This document shows, piece by piece, positions 25,383-51,099 of a stretch of 64,000 nucleotides of DNA (its first letter is position 1; every line of letters begins with the position of its first letter). The notes under the pieces were generated by a model, which was not told the origin of the DNA, searched no databases, and saw only the letters and a program-made list of their open reading frames with translations. The stretch comes from Chiloscyllium plagiosum. Taxonomy: Eukaryota. Location: positions 54,914,588 to 54,978,587 of the forward strand of contig NC_057728.1 of the NCBI RefSeq assembly GCF_004010195.1, in the 5' to 3' direction. Both the position numbers and the translations under genes were made by a program.

Positions 25383-25403
25383 CTCTGGACGTAGCCGATG
25401 GTA

Positions 25404-25422
25404 CATGGAAGGCGGCGATTGG
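25404..25422 (-). promoter_or_regulatory. ERSE-like element (1 mismatch)
   Basis: Reverse strand CCAAT-cgccgcctt-CCATG with correct N9 spacing. Confidence 0.65.
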
Positions 25423-25467
25423 CGGAGAGCCGCCGGGGGACGGTTCCGATTGGCGAGCCGCGCTTTG

Positions 25468-25486
25468 CGTGGGGGGTCGCGATTGG
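25468..25486 (-). promoter_or_regulatory. ER stress response element (ERSE)
   Basis: Plus strand CGTGG-ggggtcgcg-ATTGG, an exact CCAAT-N9-CCACG on the minus strand. Confidence 0.9.
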
Positions 25487-25688
25487 CTGTAGGTGGTCCT
25501 GCCCCCCCCCCCCCCGCCAGCCTGATCTCCCCCTATTCCCCCGCCCCCACCCCCTGAGGTTTTATTGAAGAAACCGCGGCGTGGAGCGGCTCGGCTTGGG
25601 GAGACCGAAATCCTTCTGTTCTCTACCGGCGGGATAAACAAAAAGAAGCTATCAGTAGGCGGATGAGATTTGGAGCCCGTACCTAAGG

Positions 25689-39005
<13,317 letters not shown>

Positions 39006-40167
39006 GGAATTTGAAGACTGCAATTTTACACTGGGGAGGTGTAATATACTGATGAGACCATTGAACAGGATGAACAAACAATTCATTTATCCCTATTAAA
39101 GGTCTGGGAGGGCAAAAGTTTTGTATGTTACTTTCCTTCAAGTGAAACGACTGTAAATTTGTAATATTTAAAAATTACTTGTGAAACTTGTTGTGTAAAC
39201 CATAAAACTTTTCCACAAAATTTGTTAAAGCTTGTTTTGATATTAAGTTGATCATTCAATGAAATCCATTTAGAAACTAAATTGCTGCTGTGTAAAACGT
39301 TTCAATCTCTATCAATTCGGCCTGCAAGATCCTAGGTATAGGATTTGCAGACTTGGCACTCGACTCTACTATCTAAACATCAATCTAGTAAGGTGTCAGG
39401 AATGACTCTGAAGTGCTAAGTCACAGCCCACTAAGTTTCCTCATTTTTGATTAAATTTCCTATTGTTTACTTCCACTGTAAAATGTGCTTTTGCCTCAAT
39501 TTTGGTTTAAAATTTGAAAATCCCCAGATATTTTATAGCTAAATTGTTAATGTGACTTGTTAATCCAAACATGTTCAGCCCTGAACCTGACAGCAGACTT
39601 AAATCTCAACCAGCTATTGACATTAAGTGTTAAGGAACCCATGAAAAATGATCTCTACCAGGTGCTAATAATCCAGTATATGACTACATATATAGGAGCT
39701 AGTAATTGAATATGAAATGAACATTTTTATTTGTAACTTACAAACCTTTAAATGTGGATTCAACAAATGTTGAACTGCCATGCTGATTTAACAATGAAAT
39801 TGAGTAATTTGTTAATTGAAAATTTATGTTCATCTGGTATTTAACAATTTCCTTCAGAATAATTGCATTGCAAGAAAAGACAATGCTGTACTGTCTCAAT
39901 CCAAGTAAACGCTGTAGCCTTGACTAACTCATTAGGCCAATGGTACAGCTGGTTACAAATCTAATTTTTTTTGCAGTTAGACCAAAAGCTGACCTTGCAC
40001 ATGCTGGTCACACCTTGGTGAAAGGAACTGTTCAACTTTACATGCCCTCTTTCCCTTGAGACCTGAACCATCCCTACAGAACAGCTCATAGCACAAAGTA
40101 GACAAAACTTAAAAATGTCTTGTATCATTTAAGTTCCACAATTAACAATTTGAATTTTTTTTTCACT

Positions 40168-42297
40168 TCACTGTTGTTCAGAATCGTGAGTTTGCACTTG
40201 GTTTTTCAGACCCAGCAGTTCTGTTTTAAGCTCACCTGGTTTAGGTGGAATGTCTGGTATACTCTAAAGAAGAAAAAGTTAAACAAAGTTAGTTGTAATA
40301 GTAGTGACAATACTATATAATGCTGGCAGAAGTGCTAATACATCATCAACCTATAAATCCATGCACCAATGCCAAGACTACTGATCTGCTGTATAACAGG
40401 ATGTTGATAATAGCACTGTGCCTAGTCATTATTAATAACATTCCCTATAGCAGATGTACTGAGAATAGTAATTTTAAACTACATTTTATATCTTAAATGT
40501 TTCTTATGTAATTATTCTATTGCTTGGAGATGGAGCACATTTTCACAAGAATTTTGCAAGCCTCTGATTACCCACCAGAGCGTTAGTTTCTGGAAATCAA
40601 ACTTTTTACATGTACATTTCCTAGTACATAACATATTGCTGCAGAATTTTGAATTCAATATCCTAGTTTATTTGCACGTAACTCTTGGAGCCCCTGTAAA
40701 ATGCACCAGAAAGTCATTTACTAATCACTGCTTCAACTCCCCTGCAATGTTGAACCATCCAGGGAACTGTAGATTACATTAGCAAAGTTAATTTGCAACT
40801 TAATTCATCACTGCATTCAGTCAAATACAAATGAGCTTTTCCAACAATTTGTTTAATATTGTTTGGACAAGTTCAGTAATTGTCTTAAACTAGAACTACA
40901 ATCATTTTAATTATTTGGTGTATTTATTTCTCTCCCAGAATTTAGCATTTTTAAAATTACTACAGAATCTGAACCAACCAGCTGCAACTGAAGATGTCAG
41001 GTTGACTCATTTTCTTAACCATAAGCATGATCAAATATATATTAGTACTTACATCAAGAGTATAAGAAATGAAGTGCATACATAGTAGAATGTGTGGTAT
41101 AAATGGAATTTAACTTAACAGGGGGAAGGAACAAGACCAGAAGAAGAAAATTTCATCAGCATATGCTGCCATTTTCAATTATCACTACACTTAACCAACA
41201 GGTGTAATGCACAGATGACTCTTGCATGTCAGGGAAGGAACTCTTCATTCAACTTGCCTTCAATAAGTGCACTTCCTAAATTGTTTGGGTTTTACTACAC
41301 CATTTCTCTGCAGTGACTGAAATAAGTTTATATAAAACTTATTCCTCAACATAGTACTAATAAGCAATAGTCCCTCAAAGCTGCCAAGTTTCATGCAAAT
41401 CACATGTCAGCCTTTTTAAATTAGTTTGCATCGTCATGAACTTAAATCACTTATGCACTGCCAAAAATATTTCCAGGCATGTTAGTGGAAAGCAAAGAAT
41501 GATTTCTGTTGTAAACAAAGTCAAATTGATGACCAACCCTTTTTGAGTGAGACAATATCCAGAGACATAAGATACCCATCCCAAGGAATTCCTGCAATAA
41601 TCAACCTGGGAATTGAATTGTAGCCCAGAGGTGGGGACACTACCACTGCACCACATGAGCCCTCAAGTTCCTCACGATGGTTATTTCAATCACCAATGTT
41701 CCTTCTAACTTGCATTTTCACACAGTTGTTCTAATCCTCTGCATTTAGTGATCAGCATAAAACAATGTTTGGATTTCTGAATCCAAACATTACTGACATG
41801 TACAAGCCTCAGGAGCCCAACAGGCAGCCATTTGGAGAACTGCTGATTATGATGCAGGTGGGGCTTGGATTGGACATCCTTGCATGACAGTGTCAGAAGT
41901 GGGAATATTCACTGATGGCTGGACCACTTGTAGCTCAGCAGATACCTAAGCAGTCTGTCCATATGCAGAAAGACCTGGGCAAGATTCAGTCTGGTCTGTG
42001 ACAGAATTCACGCCACATATATGTCAGGCAATGACCATCTCATATAAGACAGAATCTATACCATATGAATTGCATCAACTCAAGAAGGCAGTTCATCACC
42101 TTTCAAATGTGATTAGGGCTATAATGGACAATAAATGGTAGGTTAGCGGACTATTTATCAGAAAACAAAATTAATAATTTCTCACTCACCAGATCTGGCC
42201 TGTAGTACCTGTGTACGACCTCTGCTCCTGCAAACATCGCTAGAAGGCTTGACCCCAACATCTTCAGATAATGAGACCACGATACCCCTGCTGGCAT
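40168..42297 (-). CDS. UQCC6: Ubiquinol-cytochrome c reductase complex assembly factor 6 (BRAWNIN, C12orf73), 67-aa mitochondrial microprotein
   Basis: Exon 42297-42190 encodes MPAGVSWSHYLKMLGSSLLAMFAGAEVVHRYYRPDL (acceptor 42307/42306, donor GTGAGT). Exon 40263-40168 encodes SIPDIPPKPGELKTELLGLKNQVQTHDSEQQ*. Closely matches the human BRAWNIN sequence (MPAGV...GAEVVHRYYRPDL..PEIPPK.GELKTELLGLK) and its syntenic position between HSP90B1 and TDG. Confidence 0.96.
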
Positions 42298-42564
42298 TTT
42301 TATTTGCTAAAACAATCCGCTGCTTCACAGCACTGTTAATAAAACATTCAAACATCCAATGATGAATCACTACAACACTACCAGAGAAAATTGGATACAG
42401 AACTGGCTTGGTCATAGATGACAGAGTAGCAGTGAAAGGATATTTTTCTGACTAGGTATCTAACCAGCAATGTTCTACAGAATAACAGCAAGGATCCCTG
42501 TTGCTTGTAATGAATATTTAGTGATCTGGAGATCTGATTAGTATTTTTGAGGTTTTTAAAAATT

Positions 42565-43965
42565 ATTTTTATTCATTTGTGGCATATGGCCATTGCTGGC
42601 TCGCCAGCATTTATCGCCTGTCCCTAGTTACCATTGAGAAAGTGGTGGTGAGCTGCGTTCTTGAACTGTTGCAGTCCACCTGCTGTGGTTTGACTCACAA
42701 TGCCCTTAGGGAAGGAATTCTAGGATTTTGTTTCAGTAACAATGATGGAACAGCAATTTCTTGCAGATGGCTGTTTTCCCCTGTAAATCTGCTGCCCTTG
42801 TCGTAGAATGGAAGTGGTCGTGGGTTTGGCAGGCACTGTCAGAGGATCTTGGTCAATTTCTGTGGCACATCTTATAGATATCACTCACTGCTTCTAAGCA
42901 TCAATGGAGAAGGAAATGGATGCTTATGGATGGGGTTTCAATCAAGCAGGCTGGTTTGTCATATGTGGTGTGAAGCTTGTGTTGTTGGAGGTGCACCCAT
43001 CCAGGCACATAGGGAGTATTCCATCACAATCCTGACTTGTGTTTCATAGATGAAAAACAGGCTTTGTTGAGTCAGGAGGTGTGTTATCGCCAATGTTTTC
43101 CTAGCCTCTGGCCTACTCTTGTAGCCACTGTGTTTATATGGTGAGCTGGAAATGTGTTGCTGGAAAAGCGCAGCAGGTCAGGCAGCATCCAGGGAACAAG
43201 AGAATCGACGTTTCGGGCATAAGCCCTTCTTCAGGAATGAGGAAAGTTTGTCCAGCAGGCCAAGATAAAAGGTAGGGAGGAGGGACTTGGGGGAGGGGCG
43301 TCGGAAATGTGATAGGTGGAAAAAGGTCAAGGTGAGGGTGATAGGACAGATTGGGGTGGGGGCGGAGAGGTCGGGAAGAAGATCTCAGGTTAGGAAGGCG
43401 GTGCTGAATTCGGTGGATTTGACTGAGACAGGGTGGGGGGAGGGGGAAATGAGGAAACTGGTGAAATCTGAGTTCATCCCTTGTGGTTGGAGGGTTCCTA
43501 GCCGGAAGATGAGGCGTTCTTCCTCCAACCGTCGTTTTGTTGTGGTCTGACGATGGAGGTGTGCAAAGACCTGCATATCCTTGGTGGAGTGGGAGGGGGA
43601 ATTGAAATGTTGAGCTACAGGATGGTTGGGTTGGTTGGTCCGGGTGTCCCAGAGGTGTTCTCTGAAACGCTCCGCAAGTAGGCGGCCTGTCTTCCCAATA
43701 TAGAGGAGGCCACATCGGGTGCAGAGGATGCAATAGATGATATGTGTGGAGGTGCAGGTGAATCTGTGGCGGATATGGAAGTTAATATGTTGATATGGTG
43801 AGTCTAGTTAAGTTTCTGGTCATCCCCAGAATTTTGGTAGTGGGTGATTCAATAATGGTGACACAATTAAATATCATGGGGCAGTGGTTAGATCGTCTCT
43901 TATTGGTGATCGTCATAGCCTGACATTTGTGTGTCATGAATGTTACTCACCACTTGTCAGCCCAA
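42565..43965 (-). mobile_element. CR1/L2-group LINE 3' region split by a Penelope insertion
   Basis: Reverse-strand coding like LLTQQSLFFIYETQVRIVMEYSLCAWM; related plus-strand copy at ~10880-11060. Confidence 0.6.
43146..43792 (-). mobile_element. 5'-truncated Penelope-like element (GIY-YIG end + pLTR)
   Basis: ILCTRCGLLYIGKTGRLLAERFREHL...RRLEEERLIFRLGTLQPQGMN; TSD ATATGGTGAG at 43136-43145 and 43793-43802. Confidence 0.9.
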
Positions 43966-43974
43966 GACAGACTT

Positions 43975-44765
43975 GATTTATTTTGATCACATGTACCTAG
44001 GCATAGTGAAATGTTTTGTTTTCCGTGTAATACAGGCAGCTCATACCATACAAAGATCATAGTGTGATTGAATAGAGTGAGGAATATGCAGTTATGGCTG
44101 CAAAGCTGTACAAAAAGGACAATCAACATTAGAGTTGAAATTTGAGTTTAATGACATCGGGCATAAAGCTGTTTTTGAACTTGTTGCTATGTATAGAGTC
44201 ATAGAGATGTACAGCATGGAAACAGACCCTTCAGTCCAACCCATCCATGCTGACCAGCTATCCTAACCCAATCTATGTTCAAGCTTTTCTACCTTCTGCC
44301 TGATGGAATAAGTCAGAAGAGATTATAACCGGGGTGGATCTTTGATGATGTTGGCTGCCTTTCCACACCAATGAGAAGTGTAAATGCAGACCATGGATGG
44401 AAGGTTGGCTTGCATGATGGACTGGGCGGTGTTCACAACTCTGTAGTTTCTTATGATTGAGCAGTTGCCATACCAGGCTGTAATGAATCCAGATAGAATG
44501 CTTCTTATGTGCATCTGTAAAAGTTGGTGAGAGTCCGTATGGACATGCCAAATTTCCTTAGCCTCCTAAGGAAAAGGAGGCATTGTTGTATCTTCTTGAC
44601 TGTCTCATCAACGTGGGTGGTGCAGGAGAGATTGTTGGTGATTGTCACAGCTAGGAACTTGATGCTACCAACCATCTCCACCTCATCTCTGTTGATGTAG
44701 ATAGGCATGTGCCTTCTACCTTGCTTCCTGAAGTCGATGATCAGCTCTTTAGTTTTGCTGTCCAG
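43975..44765 (-). mobile_element. Rex1/Babar LINE 3' fragment
   Basis: ITNNLS.TTHVD.TVKK.QQ.L.FLRRLRKFGMS...TNFYRCT / SILSG.ITAWYGNCS; interrupted by a HER1 tail at ~44193-44272. Confidence 0.8.
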
Positions 44766-45799
44766 ATCTTGTTTTTCATTTTGAAAGGCATTGTGTGTTG
44801 GTGCAGGCTTGGTGGGCTGTAGGGCCTGTTCCTGTGCTATTCTTTGTAAATGTCAACAGTTCTCAAAAAAAATTATGTATGGTTGCTACACAAGAATCAT
44901 CATTTAGTGTGCATTTTTGATTGCTGAGGCATTTAAAAACACAGCATACAGTAAAAGGCAACTGTAAACCTGTAGTAGATAATCCACCAGTTTCTTGAAG
45001 TTAATTCAACATGTTTTGATGTATTATACATTTTAAACCACAAATTTGTATACCTTTCTGAACAGTATTGAACTACTTCATATGGACTGCAGCAGTTGAA
45101 GGCAGCAGCTGATCAGCACTTTCTCAACAACAATTAGGAATGGACAGCAAATCTAGGGCTTTGCCAGTGTTGCTCATACTTCATGATATAAAAATAACAT
45201 AAATGTCAAGAGTTTTAATTGTAATTCTAGCTTCCAGTAAAACTTGCAACTATTATACTGAGCCCCAATGTGTATACTGGAACAGATTTCAGAATCTTCA
45301 GATTGGGTGCTAAACAAAAGCATTTTATTTTCTTCTTACTTTTCACTCAATGCTGTAAACCATTGGAATTCACTATCTAAAATGGCTATAGATGCTCAGT
45401 TGTTGAGTATTTCTAAGGCTGAAATGGATAGATTATGGATTTCTATCAGAATGAAAGATTTGGCAGAAAGGCAGAGTGGATGTCAGTGCTCAATCATGAA
45501 TTAAACTCCTGAATGCCAGTGTAGTCAGGAGCTCCTGCTTATGATCTTCAGGGATATAACACGTTTGCAATCTGAAATCAGATTACAGTTGGCTGCTTTC
45601 TAATTTTTTTTTTTACAAATACTTGGTTATATATGTCCTATGGGAACTGATACATCAGCAATGTAGCTGTGATTATAGCAAGTAGTTTTTCTGTATGGGC
45701 AACTGCACAACTTCTTAAGCGAGATGTTAACTTAAGAGTAAGAAAAACAAATATCACAAAGCTGGTCTCTATTTTTCTAAAAACTGTTCCTTTTCTCAA

Positions 45800-46385
45800 G
45801 GATACTGTCCTTGAGACAGAGGGGTCATAAACAGCTCCCAGCTACTTTGATACAGAGATGAAAAAGGATGTTGAAATGCCTTTTGTTTATATGTAAACAG
45901 ATGAGACTTCAAGCCAAAGTGGTCATGTTTTAGTAGTAACCTGTATAATGAAAGGGGAGTGGTCAGCTCTCCAGCTGAGCAGTTCAGTCCAGAACGAGTT
46001 AGGAGTTCAACAGTGAGCTGCGTGGAAACAGGTTACGAATCTCTGTCTCTCCCCTTCTGCCCTTCTAACTTCAACTTGTGAGCATTTTTTCCACTTTTAC
46101 TGCTTTTTAAGGGGGTTTGCTAATTGGGATTTTTATGTATATTCAGAACAGCATAATTAAGTCCAGTTTAGAGAGACTGAGTTCTGTAGGGGTTCTTTAT
46201 TCTGTTCTTTGGGTTTCATTGTGTAATTTTGTGAATACATTTTTTTCTGTTTTAAAACATGGAAGTCAACCTAGCTAACTTACTCTGGGTAATTTTCACT
46301 GTACACTTACCGAAACAAATTGCAAAGTTATGGTCTGGGCAGCCTGCTTAAGAATGTTTTGAGTGGTCTGGCCTAGTCCAGAACA
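45800..46385 (+). mobile_element. Possible solo LTR
   Basis: Non-coding segment ending ...AGTCCAGAACA; 5' TG terminus and TSD unclear. Confidence 0.35.
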
Positions 46386-46734
46386 CAAGAAACTAAACTT
46401 ATTTTTCAATTTTTAAATTTGTTTTAAAAATTCACTTGGGAGTTTTGTATTTGTTGGAACATTCTGAATGCAGAAGATGCTATTATTTGGGTCTAAACAA
46501 CAAATTAACTGGGATTGGCTCAGCATTTTTCCAATATTCAGGCCATATTTCACAGCTGTCAGCTGCCTGTAAGCTCCTGAATATTTTGTGCATTTGTTTT
46601 CAGATTTGTATTAACTAGCCTGTATTTTTCACAAAGCCTCCTGACTTGCTGAGTATTGACAACGTCTGCAATGGTTGTGCTTTATTTAGAAAAAGATGTA
46701 CAGACTGGTTGGGCCAAACAGTCTGTTCATATTA

Positions 46735-47055
46735 GATTAGATTAGATTCCCCAGTGTGGAAACACACCCTTCAGCCCAACCAGTCCACACCGACCCTCCG
46801 AAGGGTGACCCTCCGAAGGGTAACCCACCCAGACTCATTCCCCTCTAACTAATGAGCCTATGGGCAATTTAGCATGGCCAATTCACCTGACCTGCACATC
46901 TTTGGACTGTGGGAGGAAACCGGAGCACCCGGAGGAAACCCACACAGACACAGGGAGAATGTGCAAACTCCACACAGACAATCGCCAGAGGCTGGAATTG
47001 AACCTGGGACCCTGGAGCTGTGAGGCAACGGTGCTAACCACTGAGCCACCGTGCT
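46735..47055 (-). mobile_element. HE1-type V-SINE
   Basis: Near-full-length reverse copy with (TTAGA)n tail and internal tandem GACCCTCCGAAGGGT x2. Confidence 0.9.
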
Positions 47056-47209
47056 GCACTATAATATAACATTTATGAACCGAGGCACTCAGGTCACTGG
47101 GTTTCTGACGCAGCAGATCATACAGTGGTCATGGAGAGTGTGTGTTGTAGATTTACCACAATGATATGTGGGCTACAAGGGTTAGATTACACTGAGAGAA
47201 CATATCTGT

Positions 47210-50200
47210 GGCATGGTGGCACTGCGATTAGCTCTGCTGCCTCACAGTGCCAGGGATGAAAAATGTGTTGCTGGAAAAGCACAGCAAGTCAGGCAGCATC
47301 CAAGGAGCAGGAGAATCGACGTTTCGGGCATAAGCCCTTCTTCAGGAATCTGAAGAAGGGCTTATGCCCAAAACGACAATTCTCCTGCTCCTTGGATGCT
47401 GCCTGACCTGCTGTGCTTTTCCAGCAACACACTTTTCAGCCCTGATCTCCAGCATCTGCAGTCCTCACTGTGTGTGGGTTTCTGCTGCATGCCTCCGGTT
47501 TACTCCCGCACGTTAGGTGGATTGGCCATGCTAAATTGCCCATAATGCCCAAGTAAGTGAAGGCTGTCGAAAAGTGCAATACTGGAAAAGCACAGTCGGT
47601 CAGGCAGCATCAGAGGAGGAGAATCAACGTTTCAGGAAATAAGCCCTTCATCAGGAATGACGCTTGTGGTCCAAGGGTTTCTGGTAACCAACTCAACACA
47701 GGCGACCACTACAAACATACCGACTCCCACAGATACCTGGCCTACACCTCCTCCCACCTCCACCGCATCTCCTCCACTTCCCGCTCCTACCCCCTTGAGC
47801 CCTGCCCCTCCAACCGCCACCAGGACAGAACCCCACTGGTCCTCATCTACCACCCCACCAACCTCCATATACACCGTATCTTCCGCCGTCATTTCCACCA
47901 CCTCCAAACGGACCCAACCACCAGGGATATATTTCCCTCCCCTCCCCTATCAGCGTTCCGAAAAGACCACTCCCTCCGTGACTCCCTCGTCAGGTCCACA
48001 ACCCTCACCAACCCAACGTCCACTCCCGACACCTTCCCCTGCAACCGCAAGAAATGCAAAACTTGCGCCCACACCTCCCCCTTTACTTCCCTCCAAGGCC
48101 CCAAGGGATCCTTCCACATCCGCCACAAATTCACCTGCACCTCCACACACATTTATTGCATCCGCTGCACCTGATGTGGCCTCCTCTATATTGGGGAGAC
48201 AGGCCGCCTACTTGCGGAACGTTTCAGAGAACACCTTTGGGACACCCGGACCAACCAACCCAACCACCCCGTGGCTCAACACTTCAACTCCCCTTCCCAC
48301 TCCACCAAGGACATGTAGGTCCTTGGACTCCTCCATCGCCAGACCATAGCAACACGACGGTTGGACGAAGAACCTAGGCCTCATCTTCCGCCTAGGAACC
48401 CTCCAACCACAAGGGATGAACTCCGATTTCTCCAGTTTCCTCATTTCCCCTCCCCCCACCTTGTCTCAGTCAAATACCTCGAACTCAGCACCGCCTTCCT
48501 AACCTGCAATCTTCTTCCTGACCTCTCAGCCCCCACCCTCACTCCGGCCTATCACCCTCACCTTAACCTCCTTCTACCTATCGCATTTCCAACACCCCTC
48601 CCCCAAGTCCCTCCTCCCTACCTTTTATCTTAGCTCGCTGGACACACTTTCCTCATTCCTGAAGAAGGGCTCATGCCCGAAACGTCGATTCTCCTGCTCC
48701 TTGGATGCTGCCTGACCTGCTACGCTTTTCCAGCAACTCATTTTCAGCTCTGATCTCCAGCATCTGCAGTCCTCACTTTCTCCTACACCTCCTCCCACCC
48801 TGACTCCTGTAAAAACGCTATCCCTTATTCCCAATTCCTCTGTCTCCACCGCATCTGCTCCCAGGAGGACCAGTTCCACTATAGAACATCCCAGATGGCT
48901 TCCTCCTTCAAAGACCACAATTTCCCCTCCCACATGGTCGACAATACCCTCCAGCACATCTCCTCCTCTTCCCGCTCCTCTGCCCGTGAACCTCAACCTT
49001 CCAATCACAAGGACAGAACTTCCCCTGGTCCTCACCTTCCACCCCACCAACATCCAGATACATCACATCATCCTCTGCCATTTAAAAGTAGACCTCACCA
49101 CAAGATATACTACCCTCCTGTCAGAGAAATGTGCCCAATAAATTAGAGATCACAAAGCACAGTTCGAAGTGAAATCGACAAACAGTTTATTAGTAGGCGA
49201 TAGCGTGGAAGAGAAACTGACTAAGCTGAAACAGTACAGACAGTCTGCCCAGGCAGTCAAGAATTTCTCTTCCCAGAGCTGAGGATGTGACCAGATTTTA
49301 TTATAATGCTGTACAATAAGGCTAATTAGAAATGGGGAAAATACAATGCATCTGGAAATGGAGTAATCTAGTTATAATGATGCTAATTCGAAAATAGTTA
49401 TCGGAGGAATGTCACGATTCTCTGCACAAAGCAACATTCTGACAGTATCGAAGGTTCCGGAGGTTTCATTCCTCTTTACAGGTAAGTGCTAATGACTCCT
49501 CTGAAGTGGTGAGGTGCTTCCATTGTCTTGTCCTGGGAGCAATGCTCTTGCTGGTGCCTTTCTGTCTGACCAGTTCTTTGTGTGGCTTTGGTACTGCTAG
49601 GTTGTGAAACTGCTCTCGGGGCTTTGGGATAGCTGTGGTGCTCTGTCATTGTTAGTGGGACTTGAAGTGTATTCCCTTGTCTGAGAGTATGGTCTAGTTT
49701 TGCTTGTCAGCTTGCTTGGTCCCTTGCTGAGGCATTCTGGGTGTTTTGGTACATTTTAGCCAATTTTGCTTTTGTTAGCCTATTATGGGTTGGCAGATCT
49801 TTTCCCACATCTTCTCACCTCTATCTGCATTTCGGAGAGACCATTCCCTTCACAACTCCCTTGTCAGATCCCCCACCAACCCAAAACGAAACCAGCACCT
49901 TCCCCTGCCACCGCAAGAAGTGCAAAACCTGTGCCCACACTTACCACTTCACCTCTGTCCAAGGCCTCAAAGGATCGTTTTACATCTGACAGAAATTTAC
50001 CTGTACTTCCACACGTCATATTTCATCTACCTATCGTATTGCCACCTACCTTCCCCCCCCCCCGCCATGTATCTCTCAGCCCTCTCGACCCACAAGCCTC
50101 ACTCCTGATGAAGGGCTTGTGCCCAAAATGTTGATTCTCCTGCTCCTTGGATGCTGCCTGACTGGCTGTGCTTTTCTAGCAGCACACTCTTCGACTCCGA

Positions 50201-50365
50201 TCTCCAGCAACTGCAGTCCTCACTTTTTCCAGGTATGTGAAGGCTGGGTGGATTAGCCATAAGAAATTCAGGGTTGCAAGGATGGGGTGGATGCTCTTCG
50301 GAGGATCAGTGTGAACTTGATGGGCCAAATGGCCTGCATCCACATTGTAAGGATCCTATGATTTA
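47210..50365 (+). mobile_element. V-SINE host split by a fold-back Penelope insert (47258-47469) and a composite Penelope insertion (47567-50228)
   Basis: SINE head 47210-47257, V-domain 47470-47566, tail 50229-50365. The Penelope units encode FPCNRKKCKTC...CIRCT..GLLYIGETGR...HFNSPSHS (GIY-YIG). Near-duplicated 18-mer at 47549-47566 and 50229-50246. Confidence 0.8.
49119..49809 (-). mobile_element. Probable solo LTR inserted in a Penelope unit
   Basis: TG...CA bounded, reverse AATAAA near 49187; Penelope sequence resumes on both sides; TSD imperfect. Confidence 0.45.
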
Positions 50366-51099
50366 TGACTTCAGGGTGTGTCTATAATTTATAAGAGTTA
50401 AAACTGACTTGACCAAGGTTACAAAACATTAAAAGGGAACAGACAGGGTAGTTAAGAAACTATTTCTGCCAGTTGAGGAGCTTACGACTATGGTCATAGC
50501 CAAAAACACCTTTCAAGACTGAAACAAGTAAACACGCGTTAAAAACTGGAAATATTTGGATCTCTCTTCCGCAAATTCATTTTACATCAGATTGCTATCG
50601 ACAAATATTAAATGATATGTGGGCAAAGGGAGACAAAATTACACAAGATGCACAGCACAGAAAGAAGCCGATATTTTATTGTATTTGTATTCCATCCTGT
50701 CACATCATTTAAATATCAGCCTCACCCTCCATTCCCTTCTGCCTCGCACAGTCGTCAATGTCCCCTTAAATGCATCATTACTATCTGTCTCAACCATTCC
50801 TTGTGGGAGCGAGTTCTACATCCTCACTACCGTCTGGGTGAAGAGACTTTCACAGTCATAGAGTCGGTGGGCTTTTGTGTCCACAATGATCACCAAGCAT
50901 CTATTCTAATCCCATTTTGCCCACACTTGGCCCCCTGTCTTGCATGCTGTTGCATTTCAACTGCTCATTCAAATACATAAGTGTCTTTCGGATTCTCACC
51001 TCTACCTTCGTTTTAGGTAGTGAGTTCCAGATGATTTTCTACCACCCCTCCCCCCCTCGCCCCAGAACCACTTGCTCTTTACCTTAAAACGATGTTCAC

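Noticed and set aside
25435-25453. Fourth ERSE candidate
   Set aside because: CCAAT-N9-CCCCC has two mismatches in the ATF6 half-site; counted only as a CCAAT box.
42182-42415. 77-aa minus-strand ORF
   Set aside because: Overlaps the real UQCC6 exon in a different frame.
47557-48633. Pro/Thr-rich 205-230-aa ORFs resembling mucin
   Set aside because: Alternative frames of a C-rich Penelope GIY-YIG region containing stops; not an intact element or host gene.
50106-50135. Further hammerhead-like cores (also 47350, 52570, 54371)
   Set aside because: The conserved GAAA or CUGANGA boxes are mutated, so they are presumed inactive.
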